A stretch of DNA of 64,000 nt from Phoronis australis (Eukaryota; Animalia; Phoronida): NCBI GenBank assembly GCA_002633005.1, contig NMRA01000090.1, positions 298,752-362,751 on the forward strand, read 5' to 3'. The notes below the pieces were generated by a model. That model ran no database searches, was not told the DNA's origin, and worked only from the letters and a program-made list of their open reading frames with translations. Numbering within the stretch: the stretch's first letter is position 1; every line of letters begins with the position of its first letter. The position numbers were made by a program, and so were the translations under genes. Shown in pieces: positions 1-13,010 of the stretch.

Positions 1-339
1 AACCACAACACTCACTTCAGAGAGGCACGGAACGCGAAAACCGATAACAATACAATCTAAACAAATTGAAATAAAGTACCTCTTCGTAACGTTTTAAAGA
101 GTTATTCGTTCGACCTGTAATTCATTTTGTCTGAAATTAGTGAGAATTAACCTTGTAATATTTATAATGCCATTTATAAAAAAATAATTGCATGCAGTCT
201 AGTACACATTGTACCAAACGTGTGCAGGCCGCGCACGTGGGCCCACTGCACCGATCACCTGGAATCATTTCTGTTGCTGTATTAATATGTAGTTAAAACC
301 GAGCTGAGGAGCTAGAAACCTGACTCAAGGGTTTAGCAG

Positions 340-405
340 TGTGACCCAGTGGGACTCAAACCCACGACCTCAAGTATAGAAAGCAGGCATCTATCACACT
401 GCATC
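340..405 (-). repeat. tRNA-derived SINE head (degenerate)
   Basis: Minus strand reads GCAGTGTGATAG (A-box-like) ... GGTTTGAGTCCC (B-box-like) at tRNA spacing; no complete cloverleaf. Confidence 0.45.
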
Positions 406-3400
406 CCCTTATAATACCGTTTAAGTTAGTAGGCACATTTTTATAGTCTTCAAAATGGGCTTAATTGAGTATTTGTGGAGTTTTGAATGGAAATATGGCA
501 CATTTTGGTTGATGAATTCATACCTCATAATTTCAATGGACAGCTAGTAGCACCTACGTGATTCCTCAGAGCTTGGATGCCAAAGACATAATATTTTGGT
601 TCACCATCAAGATCCAGGGTCAAGTTATCACATTTTGAAACGTGAAGAACGTATACTGCACAGAGAGACGACTCCGGTGAAGTGGGCGCGTTTGACAAAT
701 CGTTTGCAGGACTTAAACGAGAAAAGTCCTTGAATCTACTCGGTGATCATCACTCAAGCCTTAAAATTATTGACTAGTATATCGATTTCAGTTTAAATAT
801 CACAAATATATATATACTTTGGGTGAGCAAGATTGCGCTGTAAACACGTTCCAAACCCCTTTAAAGTATCTTGGTACGTGAAAATAGTATAAAATAAGGA
901 AAGTAAACATTACTCATCTTGCATGAAACTTGTATCACGTCGTGGCGTATATGTTTTTTTGAAGGTTTCGTAAATATAATGAGTTTTAGATAAGTATTTT
1001 TTTACGTTTGAAAGTTGACCAAATATACGCACCTTCGTGCTCGTCAAGTCCGACATTACGGTCCCAAAATGCGTTGCCTTAATTGGGAGTGGCCCGATGA
1101 CCTGGGAGAGGTGAAAGGTTGATAAAAGCAAAACAGTGATGGCTGCCGGATTTCAAAAGAACATCGTCGTCTTGATCGGCTCAAAGTAGCCCTATTTCTG
1201 AAGTAAGTTATCGATTTACTTGGTTTTTGTGCTAGCACAAGTCTGACCTAATCTAGATTTTAGCAAGGATTTCATTTATGTGCATTGTTAATAGAAAAAG
1301 CTTGATTCATATCTTATTGTTCTGTGAGTGAAATTCGTCTGTCTCGCCGATCGGCGCACCGTCAACATGAACACCGTCATTTTGCTGAAAACATTTCAAT
1401 GCTTAGTGACTGTACGTAGAATTTACGTAGTCTAGTATTAACTACGTATCTCAGCGTGATTGTTTACTGTATGACGACTGCGTATTCACCGTTTACTAAA
1501 TGACCGAGTAGTGCAAGTGCAATTACCTAAATCCCCAGCTGTTTAATGTAGGAAGAAAATGTAGGTTGCTGAATTCCACTGAAAACCTTCATTGGGCCTT
1601 CTTGTGAACAGATCCAAAAATTCCACCCGACAGTTTTTTGGAATTCTGGGGCCAAGTGTACTCAGTGGTACCAAAGGACATGAAGTCGGTGCATTTTGGT
1701 CCTGATGGTCATGTTTACGTTGTCCTACTACTGTGACGTCACCTACTTTGTAAATTACATTAAACCTATGTCATAATCATCACACAATTATTTACAGTAA
1801 CTCTAACCTATTTCAAAGTTTTCATCTGTGAATATCTCAAAAGCTGTTAATTCCAGTCATTGAATAAAAAGCTGTGATGATAAGCACTGACCTCCACTTT
1901 TACATCTGACGACAATGAAATCAATGATGTATCGTCTGATGGAAGCATGCAAAATTACATTACGCGTGGAATCGGTCAGTGACGACCTGCGCCCAGCTAT
2001 CCATGGTGTAAAACGTAACACGAGCTTAGGCTAACAAACTGGGGCCGAAAGCTCGTTCATGAAATACAGTTGCAAGAAGAATTTTTCAAATATTACCAGT
2101 CCAGTTTGAAGTATTTGCTTTGGCTTGGAGATTACATCCAATGTAATGTTTTGCATGGATTTTGATGACCTTTGAGAATTTATGTAAAATTATTTTATTT
2201 GCTTTAGAGTGGGAGCCCTGAAAGGGCTGTTTATTCCCATTGGGAACGTGGAAGAGCCGGGAGAACAAAGAGAGGTGTAAGAGTAAGAGGAGGTAGACGA
2301 AGGAGAGGGAGGTCAGTCGCTATAGCTACTACATGTCCAGCCTGAGTGGCCTCAGCTCAGCGTGGTCTACAAAGTTATGCACCTCGTCAAGCTGACGTAC
2401 AGGTACATTATCATGAATACTAAACAAGTGAAAAAAACATTTCAAAAGCTCTAGTTCAGAGAAGCACTTATGACTTGTATTAATACAGAACATCCTACAG
2501 TTAACAATCTATGTTGCGATGCCTCTTGAAGAAATTTGGAGCAGGTTTTCACGTGGTTATGATGCAAAATAAGATGTGACCTCAACTACTAAACAAAATT
2601 CCAGGGTCTTCTAGTGGTGAGCTGAGCTTGTACCCAAGTGAATTAGGATACAAGATGGGATAAATATCTTCTTTCCGTAATTCGTGAAAAATCTCTTCTA
2701 ATTTTCAGAAAAGAATAAATGCAATGACCAGTGAGCAATTGTGACACCGTTTGGAGAAGGTGGTAGAAAGAGAGTGCTGAGCCTTTAACAGAAGAAGAAA
2801 TTCAAACGTCGCTGTGACATTCCTTGCAAGAAACGTGGATGAGATTTGCAAGGGAAATGAGCTGTGTCATAAAAACGATGAATTTGCTATCGTGCTTAGC
2901 TGACAGTTTATCAGTTGTCTCATAAATCTAATCCTGTGGGCACCACCCAAATCTGTAGCAACGTGTCGTCATCGTCTTCATCTTGGTTACTATCGACGCT
3001 ATCTCATGCAACTTCCTCCCCACCAAAGTCTTCATCTCCAAATCCGACATCCCTAATATCCACATAATCAGGGATACTTTCTTGACTGCAACAAGTGATT
3101 CGTTGCTGTCCATGTAGGCTCTCTAGTACACTGAGCTATTAGGACCAAATGTCATTGGAATATGTGTCTATATTATATACGTAAACATAAGCACTAACAG
3201 TGTCGGCATGGAATAGTAATTATGTATTTTTTAAATTGGATAACTAATAATTCATATAGTTATGTTGTATTTAAAGTCATCCTCGGATACAACATTCTTT
3301 AGCCTGTAATATAGAAATTCAAAAATGTTCAATTGTTTAGCATTGGTCAGTCTGTATTCATTGGATTTGAGCACATATCGCTTAACTACGATTAAGGTAT

Positions 3401-4417
3401 GGTATATGTAAGCCGAACCATGTACGACGTGGTTTCTATACTTAAAACTCAGTGCACACATTTATGACTTGATGTCAAATACTACCACAAATTTTATGGA
3501 TTGTTTATGCTAATTCAATTATAAAAAACTTAAAATCTCAACCATTTCAACTTCGTCTTCAAATATAAACTTTTGAATTGTACAGCAATCCCTTTCAGAA
3601 AAGAAAAATGTCAAATTCTGTACAAATAAATGTGGCTGCAAAAGCACTCCGTGAATTCCACTCTGCACACATTATATTCGAATAAGTTAGGAATACCAAC
3701 TTTGCCGCCTCGTCTCGTCGTGTTTTGTAAATTCCTGCGGTTTTGTTACGAAGCACCGTCCTCAGACGTATAGTGTCTAAGTGTGATAGTTCGGATGAGG
3801 AAAATGATCAAATCTCCAGTAATGGACAATTATGAAAGATCACAGATACAAGCAGAAAGCACTTATGTATAGAGCACAGTTATGTCCAGGCATAATAATC
3901 ACAAGTAACATAAATAAGTGCCTAGAGCACAATAAGCTGATAGCCGCTCGACAGATCCAAGTCGGGCGTTATCGAGTAGGCAGTATTAATAGAACACAAC
4001 CAATGTCTGCATCACTGAGTCAGATGTTTGTCGAATGTCTGTGCGCGCATTTATCATAAGTGGGAGGGAGGGGGCGTTGCCATAGAGATTTTTCTTCGCA
4101 CTTATTTCAATAAGCGAAAATTGTGTGACTTTTTGATGGAAATTCCTTCTCAGGGGAAAGTGGATAACTCTGTAGAAGAGGTTGCAAAAAGGTACTTTTG
4201 GCAGGAATTGTTTAAAACGTGCTTTTACGAGTTTTCGCGGTTCATGCTACTTTAGAACAGACATGCACCTGTTTTATTAGAACAATGCGTTTACTTCCAT
4301 AGCACAACAGGTGTTTGAGGATGAAACCTTGTTTTGAAATGCAAATCTTCCCATAGCTTTTCTATAAGTCAATATTGCATATCAAACAAACCTGAGGTCC
4401 ACTTGTTTCTGTTGTAG

Positions 4418-4530
4418 AGAACTGCAAAGACAAGTATTCTTCCTGCGGAAAATATACCGGAATGACGTGTCTTGTTGACGAAAAGTGGGTGAAGGAAAAC
4501 TGTGCGCGCACTTGCAGGAAATGTGATTGA
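4418..4530 (+). CDS. Terminal exon encoding an ShK (ShKT) domain; upstream exons not identified
   Basis: Acceptor tttctgttgtag|AG (phase 1); reads xNCKDKYSSCGKYTGMTCLVDEKWVKENCARTCRKCD*, with the 6-Cys ShK spacing ending CxxTCxxC. Confidence 0.8.
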
Positions 4531-4732
4531 ACAGCACTGCCTTTCTGAAGACCTTAGACCCTGAAGAACAGGAGAGTTATTGTAATATACATGTACGATA
4601 AATAATTAAGAACGTATTTTGGTTGAAATCTAACGAATTTATTGTCAGCACGATCTTTATGAAAATTAAAGTACATTTTACCCGCAATGCTGTACATGGT
4701 TAGCACACTTTCCGTTATGCAGAACTTGTTAA

Positions 4733-6104
4733 AGGAGCATGCCACCCAAAAAACAACCCATTTTGTATCAATTTAGATCGAGTAGTTCTACTCGATAACG
4801 GCACGTTCGGTTGCGTTACCTGACACCTGACGGCAGACGGAGGTGTTGAAATTATCCAATGACGTCATTGGTTTCGCACGCAGTCTGTTCAGCAGTTCAC
4901 AACACAGGTTACTGGTGTTAGCTTATCGCTTGAATTCATCGTTTAACACCAAAAATCATCACACTTCGATGCAAAACCCTTAAAAATACACAGAGTTTTT
5001 ATAAAAACGTGTTGTTGTATTTCGCTGTTCCCGTGATTTATTGGTATTTGGACACACGGTAACTTACAAAGGCGGCAGGCCAATTTACCAACTAGCAGGA
5101 GTTTGGGGTCTGTTCGGAGGTAAATTCGAAGTATTCTTCAGTGAAATACAGACAGGAGAACCTCGAGCTGTGTTGTTTAGACTCATAATTTTTTTAGTTC
5201 TAAACACACAAAACGCCTGTTATCCCGGCCAGAGGCTCTGAATCTGATCAGGCCCTTCGCGTCCGGACTGTTTCGCAACAGCTTTCTGTCAGCAAACACT
5301 GAATTAGCATGCGCTCACACGGCCTCGGTACCCGGTCAATTACCTTTGTTGCCGGCATCAAAAGCCGATAACGCAGTGGTTTATTCATTGCTGGCTTCTC
5401 AAAATTTGCACTCACGAATACTGCAAAGGCATCACAAATTGTATCTTATGAGACAGACTTTGTTTCTGTTTTATATAAGCATTGGCTAAGATGAGAATAA
5501 TTTATTTTGAAACAGAACGCAGAATAATACTAACGTCTACATGGCAACTCGCCCGGCGCCAATTCCGACTTAGTCAAGAGCTCATCAGAAGAAGACTTCA
5601 CGGATCGGATCGTTAGGTTTCACAGGCTATCAATTTCGAACCGGAATACACTGATCAAGAAATACTAGAGAGGTGCCATGAACATGCACAGGCAACGGAA
5701 CGTATGAATAGTTCTTTGGTCAGCCGGAATTCGTCAGAGAAATCACTGTCGCCGAAATGCCGGCCACAGACACGGAGGTGTTTCACGGCCTCATACTTGC
5801 TATTAACAACGTACCTTTCATTCTTCACTACCACGAGCCATTTCCTAAGCATTTCGGGCTCTCGAGGAAGTCGAAAAAACGATATACCCGCTGTCTTCGC
5901 AGCTGACAAGCGTGAACGATGCACCACGATATAGCGGCATTCACTCTGCAGACGAACCACTGACGTCGCTGCGTCGTTTCTCACCTTCCTCACAGGTTAA
6001 CGCGACACCTCTCGGCAAGGTGAGGTCGACCGTATAAGAGGCGATGTGTATATAGACCGATTAAGACGGTAAAAAAGAATAATTAAATCGGGTGGCATTC
6101 TCCT
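4733..6104. mobile_element. Kolobok-type DNA transposon, internally deleted (1372 bp)
   Basis: TTAA at 4729-4732 and 6105-6108; ~15-bp TIRs AGGAGCATGCCACCC / GGGTGGCATTCTCCT; convergent remnants: FEPEYTDQE (KolX-like, + strand ~5541-5670) and THAP (- strand). Confidence 0.8.
5690..5945 (-). pseudogene. THAP DNA-binding domain remnant (N-terminus of Kolobok transposase)
   Basis: GISFFRLP..EMLRKWL...RVCGRHF..SDF motifs; N-terminal CxxxxC degraded; truncated. Confidence 0.75.
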
Positions 6105-6149
6105 TTAAAGACACTTTTGTTTTCGTTGTTTATTACCATTCCGTTGCTA

Positions 6150-6537
6150 TCCTCGGAACAAAGTTCAACATTCAACAGACCATAGGTAAAGTAAATGACC
6201 AAAAGACAGGATTAAAAGACACACGATATTTCTAAAGTGGCTATGATTGCATTCGAGAAACCTATTGTGTATGAGCAGTAAACACGGTCCCGCCGCACGC
6301 TGCACTTTTTGCGTGACTTTCCTGTTACCCCATCTATTTGTCAGTCTTTGCAGTATTCCACACCTGCCGTGTCTCACTGTGTATGTTATTAGGTTTTGTT
6401 CTGTGGTGGTATTACTGCGACACTTTATTTCCACTTGATAATGAAACAAGTGTTTCGAAATATCGTGTGTCTTTTATCATGTCTCTTGGTTACTGAGCTA
6501 CCAATGTTCTGTTGAATGTCGAACTTTGCTCCGAGGA
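6150..6537. repeat. Inverted repeat (~85-bp arms); Penelope-like pLTR remnant
   Basis: 6150-6236 is the diverged reverse complement of 6452-6537; the right arm overlaps a hammerhead-like motif. Confidence 0.6.
6432..6467 (+). ncRNA. Minimal type I hammerhead ribozyme candidate (U3-A8 variant)
   Basis: CAC-TTGATAA-T-GAAAC aagt GTTTC-GAAA-TA-TC-GTG: stem I CAC/GTG, 5-bp stem II, palindromic ATAT stem III. Confidence 0.5.
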
Positions 6538-7755
6538 CACACACTGTGTGTGTGCGTGCGTGCGTGCGTGTGTGATATTTCCAAAGTTTCATGAACATTT
6601 CTGATTGTTCGAATCAATCGTGAACGCAGCGATGAGCGATGGGGAAGAGAGAGTGGCAAATACTCATGCGATCGCGAAAGCACTGTGCTGTGGCTAAAAT
6701 TTAACTCTAACTTAAATGTTACGAAACTAATGCCATTCCTTGATTTTAATTCAATATCTTTACTGCATAAGAACTAAAAAATAGCATACACCGCCACCAG
6801 CACCACCTGCACACGAACAAGCTTACTACATGTATTTTAATAATTAATATTTACATGTGCATGCTTATATTTCACTTTTAGTGGCAGGAAATGGTTTCTA
6901 TGTCCATGGTGGGAATTGTGATTATAGGAAAACGAAAGACGAGGTTGGATACATTATGTTCCCAATAATGTTTGGGTATTTCTGATTGCCGATCCAATGT
7001 TACTTTGAATGATGCACATGTTCTGCTGTGCCGTCATTCGTATTGGGGTCAATTTCATTTAGATACTTCCGGACATCAGTTTGATTAGCCGGGATATCAG
7101 ACAGTTGATTGAGACAACGAGGTCCTAGAGTTACTGAACAGGAGGCTGGTAACAGTAGTGGAAACCGTTGCCTCAGTAATGAAATCTCTTCGGCGGACGA
7201 AGCCTCCATGATTTACTCACGAGCCAGTGCCTTAAAAGGGCACTGTAGTAGAAATAATGCAGCAGTAAACCGGTTCTAACATACAAATAAAACTGCTTTT
7301 GAGCGCTAAACAAAAGCTCATTCGTTGTTATTGCCAAAAGACTGAAATCCTGACAGGGATCGCTAATTGGCCGATATGTCAGTGACGTGGCTGGTGGGGT
7401 CTCGACTGTTTGTCAGATCATACACTATAGATAACAAGTATCTATGATCATATATTGACTAAACGCTAAAATAGGAGACTGTGGCTTTACCCCCACCAAA
7501 CACGCCACAAGAAGTGCAGCGCTCCAAGCAGGGGATTTTTTTTAGCTTCGTTAGCGAATACAAGTTTATTTTTTTGCTGCTGAAGTATTTGTGAAATTAA
7601 TCGCTCTGGTACCAACTAGTCTTTTTATAATATTTTTTGTGATTTTAATTTATTAAATATTTACGTATATGAAGATGCTGTACAAAATCAATGATTTTTT
7701 CTGATAACAACGAGGATACATGACAAATACATTATTATAAACAGTCGGACAATGG

Positions 7756-7906
7756 CTACTTCAGACAGCTGTATGTAGCACGAGCTACCCTTTCTCGGCG
7801 TTTATAAGTCTCGTCTCTGATCGTTTTGTCTGGACTGATGATAACCGTGCCAATCTTCTTTGCTTCTGAGTCATCTTCCTTATGTGTAACCCACTTGCTC
7901 TTTTTT
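7756..7906 (-). CDS. EGF-repeat membrane protein, last coding exon (cytoplasmic tail)
   Basis: Acceptor tttgtattctcaacag|A is phase 2, matching the TM-exon donor; KKKSKWVTHKEDD...ATYSCLK*; minus-strand AATAAA downstream (~7650). Confidence 0.65.
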
Positions 7907-9865
7907 CTGTTGAGAATACAAATCATGAGTCTTCCTAGATTTACATATGACAGACAGACAAACAAACACCAAAACGTCAATTAAAATGGAAAGATACTGT
8001 ACAAAAAGATTGCACAGCATTACATTAAAGAAGCAATGTTTGATGAATGTTTAGCCATTCACGCTGTTTTAAAAAAAATAAAAACTAACATCATGAAAAG
8101 CTTTGAAAACAAGATCTGAACGGACTGTCAACCGCTCACGTATCGTTGACATTACTGAAATTTGACAAACCACGAGCATTTGCGTTTCGTTGTAATTCAT
8201 ATTTTCACTTTGTGTGGGTTAGCACTAAGTGTTCGGCGATGTGACAAAAAGAGTTCACTAGTGAATTAGATACTTGATTTTATCCATACGCAATGGTTTT
8301 TTGTAAATTTTCCTTTATTTTTAGATTGTACGGGAATAAAACGAATTAAATGCCCCTGACGTCATTTTCAAGCGACGCACATGCAACATATTTTGCATAC
8401 AAACGTCGCTCGATACATCGTCAGGGGCGATCCATTATAATTTAAGGCTGATCACGCGACAACAATGAAAAACAGAAGGTCAATCACGAACAGCAGGACT
8501 TCAAACATGTTAACCCGGCAGATGACTACTGAACTGAGATAGTGCAAGGAAAACCCAATTTTCTACTGATACCAATAGTATACATGTATTTAAAGTGTAA
8601 AGATTCAGGTTTGCAAATGTGATCTTTGACCTATAACTTCCAATTGAAATATATAGAAACATTGCCTGACACCTGTGCAACGCGGTTGAAAAGCGTGCCT
8701 TTAAAAACTGCATGAGAAATATTTTGAAAATCAGACGACATTTGCACTAATTTGCCCATGAACAATACTTTACGGAGCCATAGTAGTACAATGAAAGTGA
8801 ATTAAATGAAAATTGTTGTTTATTGACGTCTAATTGTTGAAGTTGTAGAGTACAAGTTGAATGAAAAATTTTCAGAAGAAAAGGGCATTTAATGGTCCAA
8901 TAGCTGCCCCAAATGACCTCAAAGTGTGAGAATGAAACTCGTATGCATGTATGTCAAACCATGTAACTACATTTCTGCGACCCCTACCTAATGGTGAAAT
9001 TTGGAAATACCATTTCAAATATTTAACTGTTATTGAAATGAATTAACAAAACTAACGATGTGACTAGTTAATCCGATTAAACATTTATAAATCTGCTAAA
9101 GTGCACCAGTAATCAAATAAGTTTTTTGCTGGTGGCTCTATTCAACAAGATTTTGCACAGTGGGAAGTAAACACAGTCATGGTGCGATGCTATTTTGGTA
9201 CTGCTGTTTAAACAGGGGAATGCCAATGACCTTAATAATTATAAAGAAGTTTTTCTTCTGTCAGTGATTGGAAATGCCTGCCTAACTGATTGGGCTATGC
9301 AGAAAAAAATATATGAATGCCAAGCAGGGTTCGAAAAGCGATATAGCACTGTCGACAAAATTATTCAAAAGTAACCAAGCATACAAGAGCATCGTTTCTT
9401 CTGTGCATTCATTGATTTTCTAAAGCATTTGATAAAATCCCCGATCAGTTGCGTTAGCTCAGACTATAAAAAAATAGAGTTCAGACATGGATATTTTTAA
9501 AAAATTAACAATCAATTTATAGCAAACTCCGGTCGTGTGTGAGAACACAGGTTGGTATAATTAATGTTTTGATTGCAGCATTGGCACTATGTAAGGTTGC
9601 AGGTTATGCCCTCTTTTGTTTACATTGTATCTGAATGAATTTGTAGAATGTATCCATTCTAGTACTGGCGATGACATTTTTCTCAGTCAACATGTCTCTG
9701 ATATAAAAGTATTGTTATATGCCGATGATATGGCCTTGAATGTTTAACTGCAAAAGAACTATTGTGCGCCTCTAGCTGTTTGCCTGCGTGTCCGCTACGG
9801 GGTAGAAAATACGCAGATATCATTTATCACTGGTTGATATAACCTCGGCAGTTACTTTACAACAA

Positions 9866-10262
9866 AGAAAGAAAATGGCGAACTGAGAACGATTTTTAGC
9901 CTTGCCATGCAAGTGGCGTGACATTAAACATTTCGTTTCTGCAGTAATGTTGAATTGTTGCTTGCTTGAAGCACATACAATGCACACTCACATCTGGCCG
10001 ATTTAACTAGTGTGTCGTTCATGCTGTGTGAAGATACAGGACAGCAACGTAAACGAAAGTCAGCGACAGTAGAAAAATGCATTCCAAAAAGGCTCAACCA
10101 CAATTTTCCGATTCACATTTCTTGAACATGAACTAATCACTGTACAACAGACCATAAACTATATCCACATTTACACTTCCTCCATCAGTCATGTCAGTTT
10201 ATTTACATAAAACGCCAGCTGTTGAGAATTTGACCAGTTAATCAGAAATGCCGGTGTAAAAT
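9866..10262. repeat. Dispersed repeat, copy 1 (related copy ~25872-26233)
   Basis: Colinear shared blocks, e.g. tttcgtttctgcagtaatg, cagcaacgtaaac, ttcacatttcttgaa, gccggtgtaaaa. Confidence 0.7.
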
Positions 10263-10409
10263 ATCCGAGGACGTTAATGTCTTAGTTAATTCGCAATTTT
10301 GAGCTTGGCAACGCTTCCGAAGAGTACCAGTAATAACTTTTTAGAATATGTGTTGTTTCCTTCTGATACGACCTTGCCATCAAACCTTATTAAAAGTTTA
10401 GCCAGATGA

Positions 10410-10610
10410 CTATAATAGTACAAGTACCACCAGTACTAGTACTACTTCGACTAATTGTACTACCATTAATACTGATATTACTAGTATTACTATTACTTTT
10501 ACAAATAGTACTGTCATTGCTTTTACCAATAGTTCTAATACTACAAGTACTATTTCTTTTTCTACTAATGGTACTAATTGTAGCAATTGTACTTGTTTCA
10601 TCTTTTTCAC
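10410..10610. repeat. Degenerate (TAC/TAG)n low-complexity tract
   Basis: Iterated tac/tag/aat triplets that give spurious Leu/Val-rich ORFs on both strands. Confidence 0.6.
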
Positions 10611-10876
10611 TGACTACGCCGTGTCACGAAGTTTCTTTGACGTCTAGCTCATGTTTGTTTACTGACACAGTTATATGTTCATACCATGGCATTTCGTTTT
10701 AAGAAAGTTACCAAGTAACTTATGGCGAGAATACTTATGTGATCTAAGTCAGTACCAAGTGAAGAAACAGGAACAGTTAATTTGCCAAAACAATTAGAGA
10801 CAAATCAAAGTTTCTTCTATAAACAGTACTAATACTACCAGTACCACTATTATCAACAAATAGAGACAAAACTTAC

Positions 10877-10988
10877 TTTTCAGCAAGGAACAAGAATAGG
10901 AAAATGATAATGGCAAAACACACTATGGATGCAGTTAGGGACACCAATATTATATCGATTTTCGTGAAGAAGTATTCTCTTGTCCATT
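10877..10988 (-). CDS. EGF-repeat membrane protein, transmembrane exon
   Basis: ttatttcag|AA ... AA|gtaagt; EWTREYFFTKIDIILVSLTASIVCFAIIIFLFLFLAEK contains a ~23-aa hydrophobic helix; phases fit both neighbours. Confidence 0.85.
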
Positions 10989-11431
10989 CTGAAATAAAAC
11001 GAATAATGAAAATTGGGTTCTTTATTTCCTCAGATAGGATAGTTCTTGAATAAAGATCTCCTTAGATAGTACGTTATTGATATTCCGCCAAATACGAATT
11101 AAGGAAGAGAACATTTTTTTCTAGCGCTGATACATCAGCAGAACATCGTGACATATACCACAAGTTCATTTTCTTCAGCCCGCTCATTTCGATCATAGAC
11201 ACGCGCGACGTACGGAAACACGACACCAGGCGAAAATGATTTATAACGAAACGCACTTGCTTCCTTTATGACACCAGGCTCTTAAGTCGACCAAAAATAA
11301 TATGTTATGAGTGGTTTTCGTTTTGTATAAAATGTTAATAGCTGAAACGATCACGAACATTTCATCTTGAATTTACTTCCATAGCGTTTAGCTTTAATTT
11401 TAGTAAACAATTGATCGAAAATTGGAACTAC

Positions 11432-11613
11432 CTTTATTACTTCCTTCCTCACAGTCACGCCCACGAGTCCCACGTTTACAAATGCATTTGAAACCGTCTG
11501 TTAAAGGAACACAGACGCCGTCATTACTGCATGGATTGCTGGCGCATTTGTCTTTCGTCGGTTTCGCTTCGTTATTTCGTGGAGCACTACATCTGTCCCC
11601 CTTAAAATCTGCG
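11432..11613 (-). CDS. EGF-repeat membrane protein exon (completes the split EGF and adds the last EGF)
   Basis: ttttag|C (phase 2) completes CHC-S-ADFKGDRC; CASNPCSNDGVC...CICKRGTRGRDCE; donor AAG|gtagtt. Confidence 0.9.
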
Positions 11614-12413
11614 CTAAAATACAGCAAATTCAGGTTTAAGTAGTAGGTGTTATATCAGGAATGATATGAGCCACGTCAAACTGCATTTTGCCGCCGTAAA
11701 TATTCAATTCTTAACTGCAGTGCAGCCTCATCTGACCATGAATTGTTACCGACTGAGCCAGCAACTCAAATCACAGGCAATTAGTACGTACGCAGTTTAT
11801 AAACTCGGAATTAAAGGGTTGACAAACTGCACTAAATTTTACAGCGTTTCCTTGGATTGCTGATGGTTTCGTTGTTCTTGTTGGTTAGGAAAATGAATAT
11901 TGTGACACCAATTTTATAAAAAAGTGTAATTCTCTTTTTGTTTGTAGTCATCTAAACACAGCGGAATGCAGCTTTAACAAACAACAGAATAAATTACAAA
12001 TTAAATCAACTAATCCCAGCATCGCAGTAGAAGACAAGACTATAGTTAGTCTCCCTTTGTTCCCCTACAACGGCGTGTGGTCCGCTTCTTAGACTAAATC
12101 ATTTCGAATGTAAATTTCACAACTATAATTCCGATGAAATTATTAATTTGGCTATTCCAAAACGGCTCATAGATAACTGCTAAGTGTTTAGAGTGGACAT
12201 TTTTTCCTTTTTGAATATGGGGCTGAACTAGGCCCGTCTTCACTACAGTGGAGATCGATATGTCACAACCCGTCAAGCAAAACAGTGCGTCTAGAAGCCA
12301 TAACCGTTCACCGTTGTTGTGCACTGTTCATACCCAAACTGTTACACGTCTCAAATAGTCACAACTTTAAAACTGTGACCTTTTTATGTGGGCCTGTACT
12401 ATTGTGCAGGCCC

Positions 12414-12552
12414 AACATAATTTACAAAACGATATTTCGAGACACATCTCATCTTCAGGCTACTATTGTTGTGCGTTTCACTGTGAACTAGTAGTAAATA
12501 GTAGCCTGAAGATGAGATATGTGTCTCGAAGTATCGCTCTGTAAATTATGTT
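12414..12552. repeat. Inverted repeat (~54-bp arms) carrying Penelope-type hammerhead cores
   Basis: Minus arm AGC-CTGAAGA-T-GAGAtgtgTCTC-GAAA-TA-TC-G; plus arm has GAAG instead of GAAA. Confidence 0.6.
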
Positions 12553-12762
12553 ACCTACTGATGCCGATTGGATTTTTATTGCACTGTTGTGATGTTAACA
12601 CAAAATCTCTATTTAGAGAGTTTGAAAGAACTGAAATTAAACTCGTAAAACATATCAAAGTCTTCAACGAAATATGCACACGTATAAATACATAAATATA
12701 TATAAATTAATATATATAACAGCTTATTATTTAAAATGACTTATTCTTATTAAAATGACATA

Positions 12763-13007
12763 GGCAAAAATTTGAATTTCGGACCTCAAAAGCGAGGCCC
12801 CTATATTAATACAGAGGGCCTCGCCGAAAGGGTCGAAGAGCGGGGCTAACTATATTAATATAGAAGGCCCCGCTCTCCGACTGCTTTTCGGCGGGGCCTC
12901 CTCCTTTATTAATATAGAGGGCCCTGCTCTCCCGCCGCCTTTCGTCGAGGCCGCCTATATTATTATCACGGGCCTCGATTTTGAGGCCTGAAATTCATTT
13001 TTATGCC
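12763..13007. mobile_element. Palindromic MITE flanked by TA
   Basis: TA|GGCAAAAATTTGAATTTCGGACCTCAAAAGCGAGGCCC ... GGGCCTCGATTTTGAGGCCTGAAATTCATTTTTATGCC|TA; internal TATTAATA-centred hairpins. Confidence 0.75.
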
Positions 13008-13010
13008 TAC

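Noticed and set aside
2709-2860. Upstream ShK-like exon (KCNDQ..NCD...CDIPCKKR)
   Set aside because: Stops in every frame; at best a decayed exon
10406-10702. Hydrophobic 98-aa 'membrane protein'
   Set aside because: Translation of a degenerate trinucleotide repeat
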